Assembly (NCBI GenBank): GCA_037447605.1
Contig: CM074811.1
Coordinates: forward strand, 2,728,001-2,792,000
DNA length: 64,000 bases
Direction of reading: 5' to 3'
DNA from: Zygnema circumcarinatum SAG 698-1b
Taxonomy: Eukaryota; Plantae; Zygnematophyceae
The position numbers and the translations under genes were made by a program. This document shows positions 31,619 to 43,600 of this stretch, in pieces (within the stretch, counting starts at the first letter, position 1; each line of letters starts with the position of its first letter). The notes under the pieces are model-generated. The model was not told the DNA's origin and did no database searches. It worked only from the letters and a program-made list of their open reading frames with translations.

Positions 31619-31764
31619 TGCATGCACATGCACATGCACATGCACACGCACATGCACATGCACACGCACATGCACATGCACATGCACATGCACATGCACA
31701 TGCACATGCACATGCACATGCACATGCACATGCACATGCACATGCACATGCGCACATGCACACG
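31619..31764. repeat. (GCACAT)n hexamer microsatellite, strictly alternating purine-pyrimidine
   Basis: About 24 units with a few variants; it generates the spurious His-Met, His-Ala and Cys-Ala ORFs. Confidence 0.92.
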
Positions 31765-32314
31765 CGCCGATTAGGTCAAGGCCGGCCGGACCGAAACCGC
31801 ATAGGCCGAGGGACGAGGGAGGTTGGTCCCTGCGGCGCTCGCGGACGGGAAGCCGCGGTTGCGCCCATGGCCGCTTTCTGGCCGTCCGATCGCGATCTGA
31901 CGGCCGATGGCGCTGTTCGATTCACCTGCGCTGCGCCTCTGGTCTCGGTTGACTGGTAGGGGGACGTCACGTCACGGGTCAAGTCGCCCATGCCCTATGG
32001 TAATGCCTCTTTGGCCGTGGAAGCACGCGGCCATGGCGGAGGGATGCTAGCAGAAGGGGCTCCGGTCGCAGGGGGAGCGTGCAGGCCATCTGCATGTTGG
32101 CAGTTTTTTGCGTCTGAATGGTAGTAGGTCCCACTGCTTCCTCAATAAGAGGCTGAGGACTTTGTGGCAGAGCATTTTGAGTGAGATTTTGTGGAGGAGG
32201 CAGGAGAGTAGGAGAAGGAGAAAAGGGGGTTGAGGCGTCTGCTGAATCATGCGCTACCATTCGGCAGCTGCTTGTTTGAATACTGGTTGTCACGCTACTT
32301 TATCGGGCAGGCTG

Positions 32315-35300
32315 ATGGACACCGAGGAGGCGCAGGAGGTGGGGCAGTTGGGGCAAAGGGAAGAAAATGTAGGGGTTGTTGCTGGAGGGAGAGACGTAGA
32401 GGAGAACCAGCTAGTGGAAGTCTATGAGGAATTGCAGCAGCAGAAAAGCGGCGAAGATCTTACCTCCAGCCTCCCTGATGAATGCCTTGCTCTCGCGTTT
32501 CGAAAGCTGGAGCAAGGAGACATGGCGCGCTGTTCCCTGGTGTGCAAACGCTGGTGGACGTAAGTGCAATTGTTTCTCTCTTGCTTCGTTTGCATGCTAT
32601 TATGTCTGCGTGTCCTGTCTATCAAATATGCAGTTCAATTTGCAGGTAGCTGGGGAAAGGAAGTGTTGGGAATGGATGTTTCGTTTCATGGCGGTGCACC
32701 GCGCGAGCGGAATCCGGAATTTATTGCCGATACCCTTTCACATTGTGTGTACGTCATACGAGGACTGATTTTGGGTACTGCTGTAACTTGTCGCAGAGTT
32801 TGTCTTGAATATCGGCAGCTTTTAGCAGTCAGGATGGTTGAGGGTTTCCCTTGGTTTTTCATACGAATTATACAATGTTCAATCAGAAACGGTGTTTTTG
32901 GACTCCGGGATATGCACCTGTTTTGAGTATTCTGACGCACTTGCACGCAGAACATAGACTGGACATTGCATCCACGACACTCTCCTGATCATTAAAGCAA
33001 AGCGATAGGGGTGCAGTTGCACTGGTTCAGAAAGCTTTATAATGACTCCAACGTCACGAAAGCTGTAGTTTAGTGGACAAAACGACAAAAACAGCTTAGT
33101 TTGTTTCTATCATAGAGCGTCTGCAGATGGCTTCAGCCAGGAAAAGGGTGGCAAGCAGTTGTTGCCGGGAAAAGCCTGTCCTTGTCGGTTCTTGGTACCG
33201 ACAGTTACATTCCAGCTGTTGACTAGGCCTTGCAAAATCATAGAATGAACTTGCGAAGACCTTAAGTTATTGTGTCTGTTATGGCCCACGTGAAGGTTCT
33301 ACCAAGCTTTCCCCATGTGCTCTCAACCTTGCAGGTTTTTGTATTGATTCCGTACAGTGAAAGGGGCCCTTCAAGGTTCAGCAGGAGTTGTCTGAACAAG
33401 TTTAGGTCTTGAGGAATGTCTGAGGATGCTTAGCCCATGCGAGAGGGGGTAGGTAGTGCTTATGTGTTGATGGGGCATTCCTGGGGCTTGACGACCCTTT
33501 TTTGGCAAGTGTTTAGTATTTGCTTATGTTTCTCTCTGCTGAAGGGCAGCTTGAGGCTAGATGATGTGCTGGTTCATTAAGTTTTCTTAAGGGAAAGGAT
33601 GGTGACCATCATTGTGGAAATGTTCGCTTTCACAAGGCAAGGGTGCCTTTGCTCCTCATGAGGCGCATCTCTTGGTGCAACCTTTTTGATGGTTTCTTCT
33701 GAAAGTTTGAACCCGGTTCCCTCCTAGGCGGACGACACTGCTCCCAAGCCAAGCTACTATGATTTGCATTAACGAGTGCACACGTGTACTTTATTGCATG
33801 TAGGAAAGCTCGTGCGTAGGCCTCTCAGAATACTGACCCCTCATGTTGTGATTGGAAAGGCCCTGGACACCTTTGACATGGCTGACTTCCTGTCGGAAAG
33901 TGGTCATAGGCCAAAACGAAGAAGAGGAAGAGGCTGATGAAGTGGATTCAGTTTGTCTCTGTTTTGAAGATTGTCTCAGCCTAACCACACAAAGTTCAAT
34001 ATTCTGCCGATTATGCTTTGCTTTTTTCTTGTCTTTTGCAACGAGGTTTTAATTCATCACGTGGATTGAACAACGACGTACAAAGTATTGAAGAAAAGAT
34101 ATATGTTTTGTGGAATGCAGAGTGGATGCTGATGCGCGTTCTCACCTCGTGCTGAGAGCCAACGAGGAGATTGGCTCGGTCCTACCCTCACTGCTGCAAC
34201 GCTTCGTGGGACTGACTAAACTAGTGCTCAAAGCAGACAAAAACTGTGCTAGTATTGATAATGAGGGCCTGATTGCCATTGCCCTGCACTGTCCACAGCT
34301 CAAGAAGCTCAAGTTGAAGAACTGCAAGCAGGTATATACACCCTCATGATTATACTTGGGATAAGCTGTTGTTGTTGTGTTTCCCTCCAATGTTTTGCTT
34401 GAACTTCTTCTTTGGCTCTTACTGATGTGACCATTCGTATCTCCCAGGTTCGAAGCATTTGTTTCTTGGGGCCCTTTCTCTCGCATTTGTCTGTCGTCGT
34501 GAGAGATATCATGTTATATTCAGTGCCTGCATCATTTAGAGTTAGGATCGTTTTCTTCATTTGCTCTTTTGCTTGACTTTTTTTTGACTTCTTTTCGTTT
34601 CTTTTGCATGTTCTCTTACACTTAGTAAATTGCCCCGTTGTATCATGCAGATTACAGACGACGGTTTGGATGCATTTTCCAAGCTTTGTGTCGACCTGCG
34701 CAAGTTTTCATGTGGCAGCTGTGGATTTGGAGGCCGCGGTCTCAATGCATTGCTACAACAATGTGTGACCCTGGAAGATCTCACCATCAAGCGGAGGTAA
34801 GTCAACCGTCTAAATAGTTCCTATTCCAGTTGGTTCGGAGCCTTCGCTATGGTGACTTCCGAAAGAAGCATGTCAATTCCGAGTGTCAGTTGAACCTCAG
34901 GATTACAGGCAAATACCGCAATTGAATCCCCGATGCAGATGTTGCTTATTGCCGTACTGCATGTTGTTGGGTTTATGCTGGTGGGGCTCAAATACTTCTC
35001 AGCCCATTGGTCAATTTCACTTAGTACCCTTACAGGTTGTGCATCCCACTCTCCATTTGAGACCCATTGTGTGTGCCCCTAGCATTCAAGAGTGCCCCGA
35101 TCCTTCACACGTGCTGAACTGCTTGCAGTCTGTGTGCCCTTATCCTGTGCAGCATTAAGGCTGCCCACGAGCGAACCCCTGAAGCCCTGAACCCTGGAGG
35201 AGCCTCTCTCCGCCGCCTCTGCCTCAAAGACCAAAGCACATTCCATCTATGGAGTGCGCTAGTGGCAGGGTCCACCCGCCTGGAAACTCTCATTTTGGCA

Positions 35301-36997
35301 CGGAATGGGGGGAATTGGGACAGAGTTTTGGAGGCAGCGCTACTTGAAGGGCGGCTGCCGGAGCTTTCGCAGGTGAGGATAGGGTTTTTCAGGTGGGGGC
35401 AAACTGCATAAGTAGACAGTGGTTTGTTTCTCAGGCTGGTTATGTTAGCATAGCTTTGAATGCGTAGGATTATTCTCGGTGTGCTTCTGGAGAAGCAGAA
35501 TGAGGCCGAACGTATGTTTCTACTTTTGTTGTACGTAGGGAGTCTTGTTTCGCTATGTGATCAGTGTAATTTCCAGACTATCGTGGGACAGAGCCCTTGG
35601 AACTCTTAGAATAGTGGCGGCCCTGTTTGACTGTATTCGGAATGCTTCATTCTCAGTGTTTGGTTTGATCTTCACTTTTATGTTCGTCTTCAGTTGCCAG
35701 TCATTCCCTTTTTTGTTCTCACTTGTAAGCTCAGATAGATCAAAGCATATTCTTTGTTTGCACTGTGGGTTCGCATGAAGTGACAATTTTCTGGTCGCAT
35801 AACAAGCAATGTGTAGATGCATGCAGTTGATTTTGTTCTATCAGGAGTTGCATTCCTGACTCTCAACTACTTCTGACTCTGCGGATCGAACTGATTCCAT
35901 TATTGGCTTTAGAATACCTATCTCCTAAAGGCTGTTGATTCGAAAATGCCTGCTCATACCTGCAGTTTGTGTTGATTCATGACTGCCGAAACTCGTTCCT
36001 TATTCCTTCCTTCTTTGCAATCCACAGGTCTATCTGGAGAAGGTTCAGATTAGCGATAGGGGCCTGCAAGCTATTGCCAAGTGCCCTAAATTGGAAGCTC
36101 TCGTGGTTGTGCGCGCACACGAATGCACAGATGCAGGTTTGGCAGCCATAGCAGCCGGCTGCCCCTCTCTTAAGAGGTTGCATGTAGAGGGTTGGGCATC
36201 CGGTCATATGGCGAATCCGGGCTTAGCTTCTCTCGCTTCACACTGCCGGCAGCTGCAGGTGAGAAGACAAATCTGAAAGGGAACGAATCTCTTGGCATTT
36301 CTGGCAATGCCAGTTCTGTCCCTTTTTTCTGAAATGTTTGGAGTTGCTGCTATGTGGAGAAAGGGGCTTGTTGTTCATGGTAAAGTGTGTTAAACCACAT
36401 GTATGACTTCTGATCTTTTGTGTGCAGGAGCTCGTCCTGGTGGGAAGCTCTGTGACAGTGGCAAGCCTGCACCCTCTCTCTGCCAACTGTACTCTGTTGG
36501 AGAGGCTCACTCTATGCAACAATGAAGCTCTTGCAGATGGGGAGGTAGCCTGCTTGGCTCAGGGTTGCCCCTCTCTGCGTCGCCTCTGTATTAAGGGCTG
36601 CCCTCGTGTGACTGATCTTGGCATTGTAGCCCTTGCAAACGGCTTCTTCTCCCTGCAGAAGCTCAAGATTAGGCGCTGCGCACAAGTGAGTCAGAACTCA
36701 ATCTCATATCTGCGAGCCCACCGACCTGAGGTGCAGATTCAGTTGGAAAAAAGAGTAGGAGGGGGGGATGACGAAGGAGAGGTAGCGGAGGATGAGGTTT
36801 TGACACACGGAGCAACTTTGGAGTCTCCTGATAGAGGAAGGCTGCGGTTTGGTAGAGCACGTTCAGCTTTGGCTGCAGGGACCACCTATGTGGCTTGCAC
36901 TCTGAGGAGGTGGGTAGGTGGGGGGGGGACAGGTGAAGGAAGGGGAGGTGGGGGTAGTAGTAGTGCTGCCGGGGGAGAAGGCAGGGGAGGTGGGTGA
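32315..36997 (+). CDS. F-box/LRR protein, SKIP2/VFB-like
   Basis: Exons approx. 32315-32559, 34121-34331, 34651-34796, 35153-35372, 36028-36258 and 36428-36997. F-box DLTSSLPDECLALAFRKL...CSLVCKRW; LLQRFVGLTKLVLK; LKKLKLKNCKQITDDGL; LRKFSCGSCGFGGRGLNALLQQC; RRLCLKD; ECTDAGLAAIAAGC; LQELVLVG; LERLTLCN; CPSLRRLCIKGCP. All of these fit the plant SKIP2/VFB family. Confidence 0.88.
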
Positions 36998-38990
36998 GTC
37001 AACCGCCAAGGAGGATACATGCTGAAGTCCTTTTCATAAACAGCCTGCGGTCGCAATGTAGGGGAAGGTTGCGTTTTTAATGGAAAACAGGATCTGAAAG
37101 TGGTGGTGCTTAAGGATGGGACAGTAGAATGAGGAGAGTGCAGCCCGGTGCTACTCTTGTTCCAGATTCCTCATCATTGTGTCGTTGAAGGACCGGCTGA
37201 GGAAGCCAAGTTGGATGGGATGCTGCTGGTTTAGAGGCACCATGGGGCGAGAAAGGTGGAGGATGTTTGGGGCAACATGTGAAAGAACAGGATCCAAATT
37301 ATTTTTGTTTTGGGCCGAACGGTAGAACCCTGCAGCAGATAGTATGTCCAGGAAGCCCTTTTCAAGTCCTTTGGAGTGGGTGCCCTTCGTCGTCGATTAT
37401 GGTACACTTCATTATGGGCGAGCCTTGCTCTGCAGGAGCCGAGATTCGTATTACCCTCTCTCTCCCCTCATACTCTTCTTTCCGAAAACAAGTGGGACCT
37501 CCACCTGCAAGCTGAGACCGGTGAGAGAACTGCAGACCTTGTTGCTAGGAGGGCACTGAAGAGGATAAGGTCTCATTGATTTTTGCTTTATTTGATGTTT
37601 TCCATTTGCCGAACGTTGACCAGAGATTTGTAATAAGAGAATCACCTTACAAAATTGTCTTGCGTTATTACGGTTATGTAGTGCAGCACCTGGTATCAGC
37701 CAGAGTGCTACTAGTCTCTCTTGTAGGCTCATTCATTTGTAGGCTCAAATCGCATTCCTTTGAAGCTAAGAGTCGGACATCTTGATTCTTTTTTAGTAAA
37801 GATATGCTTTTGGAAAGCTGGGCTTGGTTGTTCTTGTCTGCACGGCCACCTTTTTCGTCTTCAGCTTTGAAGGTATCTGCAGGAATGGTCCCCGTGCCTC
37901 AGTGGCCACACATTCCGATTTATTCAACCAATAGATTATGTTACCAGCTGTTTGATGGAACATGTGACTGGCTTTGCAGGTTTGGATAGATGGGATTGAT
38001 TGGGAATTAGGGCTGTGAGTCTGAGAGGGTCCATGGTCCAAGTGTTCATGCCACGGCAGATGGCGGCTTGTCTCCAGACGACATGTCCTTTGACACCTGA
38101 GACGTGACAGGACATGCCATCATGGGCACACTGCCACATGGCATGTCGTGACATGACACGACATAGCGGCATCCCTCAGACATGGACAGTGCCTTATGAC
38201 TTGACACGACTCGAATGTGCTTCGAATAGAACGTTTGATATGTCTTATCGTCATCCAAAAATTGAGCGTTTACATGTACTGAATGCAACCCTTTTTTTTG
38301 GCGTATCACTGAAAGTTGCATTAAAGGGTTTCATGCACGTGGTGACATACCCGCTCGCAAAAAAAGGAGTGTAAGCTTTTTTGCATAAAGGGCATATTCA
38401 TATGGGAGGGGCACAATCGACTAGCAAATTTAGTTCAAACGGAATGTCTTCAGCCGTGTCGATAACGAAACCTGACAGAAGACTGTCAAAAAAATTAAAA
38501 AAAGTCCTAAAGGTCCACTGGAGACATCCTAAGGTTGAGGTCACCATGCCACATGGCTCCCAGATGACAAGTTGGTATTAGATAGGACCTACTTTCCTCC
38601 ATGCCCCTTCAGCCTGGCCACCGAGTTCAACTTGGAGCAGCTTGATCTGACAGGTTCCTCAATTAGGGTTACCTCAATTACGATGTTGATTCGGGCTTAG
38701 GTTTCCAGCTTGTCAATTAACCGCAGACAGAATTACACGCCTGAAATAGGGGACTGCTACATTAAAAGACTGTCGGTACAAAACTGAAGTTTTCTGGGCA
38801 TTTTCCACGTCCAGATCAGCCACAGAATTGAAACCCTAAAGATTTCAAGCTAATAAAGCAAACTCCTTTCCTTGGTTCAGTTACGACTCCACTAGTCTGA
38901 ACAATTTTCAAATACAAAAAGATGTGAATGCCCTCATCCATTTCCAAATAACCATAACTGTCGCGAGGATGAAAGATATTTTAAAAGACA

Positions 38991-40183
38991 AGAGAGGAGA
39001 GAGAGAGAGAGAGAGCGAGAGAGAAGAGAGAAGCGAGGCGAGAGGATAGTTAGGAGAGAGGAGAGAGGAGAGAGGAGAGAGGAGAGAGGAGTGAGGAGAG
39101 AGGAGTGAGGAGAGAGGAGAGAGGAGAGAGGAGAGAGGAGAGAGGAGAGAGGAAGAGAGGAGAGAGGAGAGAGGAGAGAGGAGAGAGGAGAGAGGAGAGG
39201 AGAGAGGAAGAGGAGAGAGAGAGAGGAGAGAGGAGAGAGAGGAGAGAGAGAGAGAGAGAGGAGAGGAGAGAGGAGAGAGGAGAGAGGAGGAGGAGAGAGG
39301 AGAGAGGAGAGAGGAGAGAGGAGAGAGGAGAGAGGAGAGAGGAGAGGAGAGAGGAGAGAGGAGAGAGAGAGAGGAGAGAGAGAGGAGAGAAGAGAGAGAG
39401 AGAGGAGAGAGGAGAGAGGAGAGAGGAGAGAGAGAGAGGAGAGAGGAGAGAGGAGAGAGAGAGAGGAGAGAGGAGAGAGGAGAGTGAGAGTGAGATTGGA
39501 GAGAGGAGAGAGGAGAGAGGAAGAGAGGAGAGAGGAGAGAGGAGAGAGAGAGGAGAGAGGAGAGAGGAGAGAGGAGAGGAGAGGAGAGAGGAGAGGAGAG
39601 AGGAGAGAGGAGAGTGTAGAGTGTAGAGAGGAAGAGGAGAGAGGAGAGAGGAGAGAGGAGAGAGGAGAGTGGAGAGAGGAGAGAGGAGAGAGGAGAGAGG
39701 AGAGAGGAGAGAATGAGGAGAGAGGAAAGGAAGAGAGGAGAGAGGAGAGAGAGAGAGAGGAGAGAGGAGAGAGGAGAGAGGAGAGAGGAGAGAGAGGAGA
39801 GAGAGGAGAGAGGAGAGAGGAGAGAGAGGAGAGAGGAGAGAGGAGAGAGGAGAGAGAGGAGAGAGAGGAGAGAGGAGAGGAGAGAGGAGAGAGAGGAGAG
39901 AGGAGAGAGGAGAGAGGAGAGAGGAGAGAGGAGAGAGGAGGAGAGAGGAGAGAGGAGAGAGGAGAGAGGAGAGAGGAGAGAGGAGAGAGGAGAGAGGAGA
40001 GAGGAGAGAGGAGAGAGGAGAGAGGAGAGAGGAGAGAGGAGAGAGGAGAGTGGAGAGTGGAGATTGGAGAGAGGAGAGGCGACAGGAGAGAGGAGAGAGG
40101 AGAGAGGAGAGAGGAGAGAGGAGAGAGGAGAGGCGACAGGAGAGAGGAGAGAGGAGAGAGGAGAGAGGAGAGAGGAGAGAGAA
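38991..40183. repeat. ~1.2-kb homopurine (GAGAGGA)n satellite
   Basis: Nearly pure G/A on the + strand with a dominant 7-mer GAGAGGA and GA-dinucleotide interruptions. Confidence 0.95.
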
Positions 40184-40604
40184 GTCAAATTAAGGTTACA
40201 GTGTGAGAGGCGGAGCATGCTTGACCTAGCAGCTGCAGCAAACCCTTCTCGGCCTGCTCAGTCCCAAGCACATTTTATTGCAGGCCGGCCGCCAGCTCAA
40301 AGCATTTATCGTGTTTGCGCCAGACAGTGCGCTTCCTTCCTTACTGCAATGTCTGTCTGTGCCTGCATACGCCTCTCACTACTTACTACCAGGGGGGCCT
40401 CATATCTCTGTACAAGCTGCTGCTCTCTGGAAACGCACAAGGAGCTCCCGAGTTTAAGGCCAAGTGATGGCTCTCCTCACTTGCAGCAGAGTTTGCAGCT
40501 GGCGGCTGTACAAGTCTAATACTTAAAGAGTTACCACATAATGAAGCAAATAAGTACATTCATTTCACCCTAACAAATCAAACGTCTTACTTCGGTGGAA
40601 TACT

Positions 40605-43600
40605 TCACATCACTGCTAAAACTTCATCCAAGTTCGGCAGGTCTGTTAAGTCTGCAAGGTCCCTTTCAACATCCAAAGTTGGCTCTATCACATTGCTCTC
40701 AACTTCAGCTCCTCTGTGCAGCTGTAAAGCCTGTGTGAAGGGAGATTTATCTCTCACAATAACTCTTGAAGGGGAGCTCGGCTCCGATTTCACTCCCAGC
40801 CCAGCCATGGCTGCCGCTAGCGCAGGATTAATTTGGCTTGTTACAACTCCAACAGGAGTATGCCACATTCTTGAAACAAGAGGAGGCCCGTGAATGTGCT
40901 TCCCCTCATATGTTGCAAGCAGGTAATCCGGCTCCACCTGCGATCTCTCCATCTGCTTCAGCACCTTACACCCCTCCTTAGTGCAGCGGAAATAGCTTCT
41001 CTTAAAAGGACTATTTTTAATGGCCTTCTCCCCATACTTCCTCCACTTGTACCCGTCCTCCAAATCCTCCTCCCCAAACCTTATTCTCACTGTAACCCTC
41101 TCTATCGAAGCATTCCGTGACCTCTTTTTGCTGTTCGGCGACAGCTCCCCAAATTCAAACCCTCCCATCGGCGCCGAACTGGCAGGACTGCTATCCAGCG
41201 TCTCTCCCTTCCTCTTCCTGAACCCTAAATCCCACGAATCCCCAGAGTACCCCTCCATGTCATCCGGAGCCGACATTGTAGAGCCGCAGGGACTCCATGG
41301 ATTGCTGAGAGCAGGGCTCCTTAAGGGAGAGCAGGAATCTGGAGTTTCAGAGTCCCTGATTTCCCAGGCACTGGGACCCCAATTGCGAGTGGTAACTATG
41401 GGGCCGAGAGGGATAGGAGTGAGAGAGCGTCTGAAACTCCCTCCCTCTCCTCCTCCTCCTCCTCCTAAACCGCCTCCTCCCCCTGCTGCAGCAGACTGCC
41501 AAAAAATACCCTCCGACTGGTCGGGTTCTTCCACCTTCACCTTTGCAGGAAGGACCTCTTCCAAGAGGTTCTGAGAGAGATTGGAGCCCACAGAGTCAAG
41601 CCGCGTGGGATGGAACACCATGAACTTGGGAGTGGGGTAGAGAGAGGCGTCTCCCCCTCCTTGTATGCTTCTTGCAATGGGAAGTTCGATGTCGGGAGAG
41701 GGAGGGCGTTGAAGAGGTGGGTCTCCCGCAGCTCCAAAAAGATCCTGCTCTCCTCTGTGCCTCTCCCTCTGCTCCAAAATCGCCGCTGCAATGTGCTCCA
41801 ACCCCCCTCCCGAAGTCCTGCGGGTCCCCTCCCACTCAAATTCAATCTCACCCCCTCCAGCCCCTCGCCCTCCCTCCCATCCTCTCACCTGCTCACCTCC
41901 CCCCCCTCCCCCCCCTCCCCCTCCATTCCCAACCCACCAACTTCCCTGCTGCTCCGACTCCGCCTCAACCTTCACCTCCCTCTCCCTTTCCCTCTCCCTC
42001 TCCCTCTCCCCGTCCTCCACCTTCACCCCTCCCATCGGCACCGCGACACGTGTCACCCTCGGCCGCGTCTGACTGTGGTTGTGCTCTTCCTTGTACACGA
42101 TTTCCGTTACCGCTCCGTCCCCGCTCAGTTCTACGGTTTTCTTTGCGGGGCAGCCTCCCTGCGCGCAGCGGTAGTAGCTCCGCGGGTGCAGCGCGCCCTT
42201 GGCCACCTTCTGCCCGTACTTGCGCCACGCGAACCCGTCCTCCAAAGGGTCCAGGGCCGAGGGCAGGCCTTGGCTGGGGGCGGGAGAGTGAGGGCGGGAG
42301 AGGGAGGCTCCCATGGTGGGAGAGAGAGGAGGGGAGAGGAGGCAAGGGGAGTCAGGAGGAGTGGCGGCTCTGCTCCCAGAGGGAGTGATGTCCTGCGCCG
42401 GGGCGTGCATCCATGGGCGGAAGTCCGGAGGGGAGGAGGTGGAGGAGGAGAGGCCGAGGGAGAGGCCCGCTGCGAGGAGGGAGGCGTGCAGGGAGGCGGG
42501 AGTGTCCTCGCCCAGGGAGCCGCTGCGGGAAAGAATGCGCACCCTCTCCCTCTCCCTCTCCCTCTCCCTCTCTCTCACCCTCTCACTCTCCCTCTCCCTC
42601 TCCCTCACCCTCTCCCTCTCCCTTTCTCTCTCCCTCTCCCTCTCCCTCTCCCTCAACCAATCCCTCTCCCGTTCACTCTCCCTCTCCCTCTCCCTCTCCC
42701 TCACTCTCTCTAACTCTCTCTCCAAGGGCTCCGTCCGGGCCCCGAACCCTACAAGCTCCGCCAGATTCTCCAGCACGACTGTCACCGGGGGCGTCTGTCC
42801 GGGGTATGGCGTGCTCATGGCAGCCGCGCTGGCGACGAGCGCCTGCAGGTCGCTGAACCCTGCCCGCAGATCCGTGCCATGGAATGCGCTTCTCCCGTCC
42901 TGAACCCCCCCTCCTCCCCNNNNNNNNNNGAACTTGGGAGTGGGGTAGAGAGAGGCGTCTCCCCCTCCTTGTATGCTTCTTGCAATGGGAAGTTCGATGT
43001 CGGGAGAGGGAGGGCGTTGAAGAGGTGGGTCTCCCGCAGCTCCAAAAAGATCCTGCTCTCCTCTGTGCCTCTCCCTCTGCTCCAAAATCGCCGCTGCAAT
43101 GTGCTCCAACCCCCCTCCCGAAGTCCTGCGGGTCCCCTCCCACTCAAATTCAATCTCACCCCCTCCAGCCCCTCGCCCTCCCTCCCATCCTCTCACCTGC
43201 TCACCTCCCCCCCCTCCCCCCCCTCCCCCTCCATTCCCAACCCACCAACTTCCCTGCTGCTCCGACTCCGCCTCAACCTTCACCTCCCTCTCCCTTTCCC
43301 TCTCCCTCTCCCTCTCCCCGTCCTCCACCTTCACCCCTCCCATCGGCACCGCGACACGTGTCACCCTCGGCCGCGTCTGACTGTGGTTGTGCTCTTCCTT
43401 GTACACGATTTCCGTTACCGCTCCGTCCCCGCTCAGTTCTACGGTTTTCTTTGCGGGGCAGCCTCCCTGCGCGCAGCGGTAGTAGCTCCGCGGGTGCAGC
43501 GCGCCCTTGGCCACCTTCTGCCCGTACTTGCGCCACGCGAACCCGTCCTCCAAAGGGTCCAGGGCCGAGGGCAGGCCTTGGCTGGGGGCGGGAGAGTGAG

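Noticed and set aside
28740-31764. Hypothesis that the CRE-like element targets the (GCACAT)n microsatellite
   Set aside because: The repeat is present only on the 5' side; the 3' flank (near 28740-28772) has no such repeat and no TSD is visible.
31118-31959. His-Met, His-Ala and Cys-Ala repeat 'proteins' that look like metal-binding peptides
   Set aside because: They are produced by the (GCACAT)n microsatellite and the antisense strand of the retroelement.
38908-40519. Long ORFs 38908..40218 (436 aa, L/S/P), 39484..40206 and 39713..40519 (E/R/G)
   Set aside because: They are translations of the (GAGAGGA)n satellite, which contains no stop codons by composition; there are no domains or splice signals.
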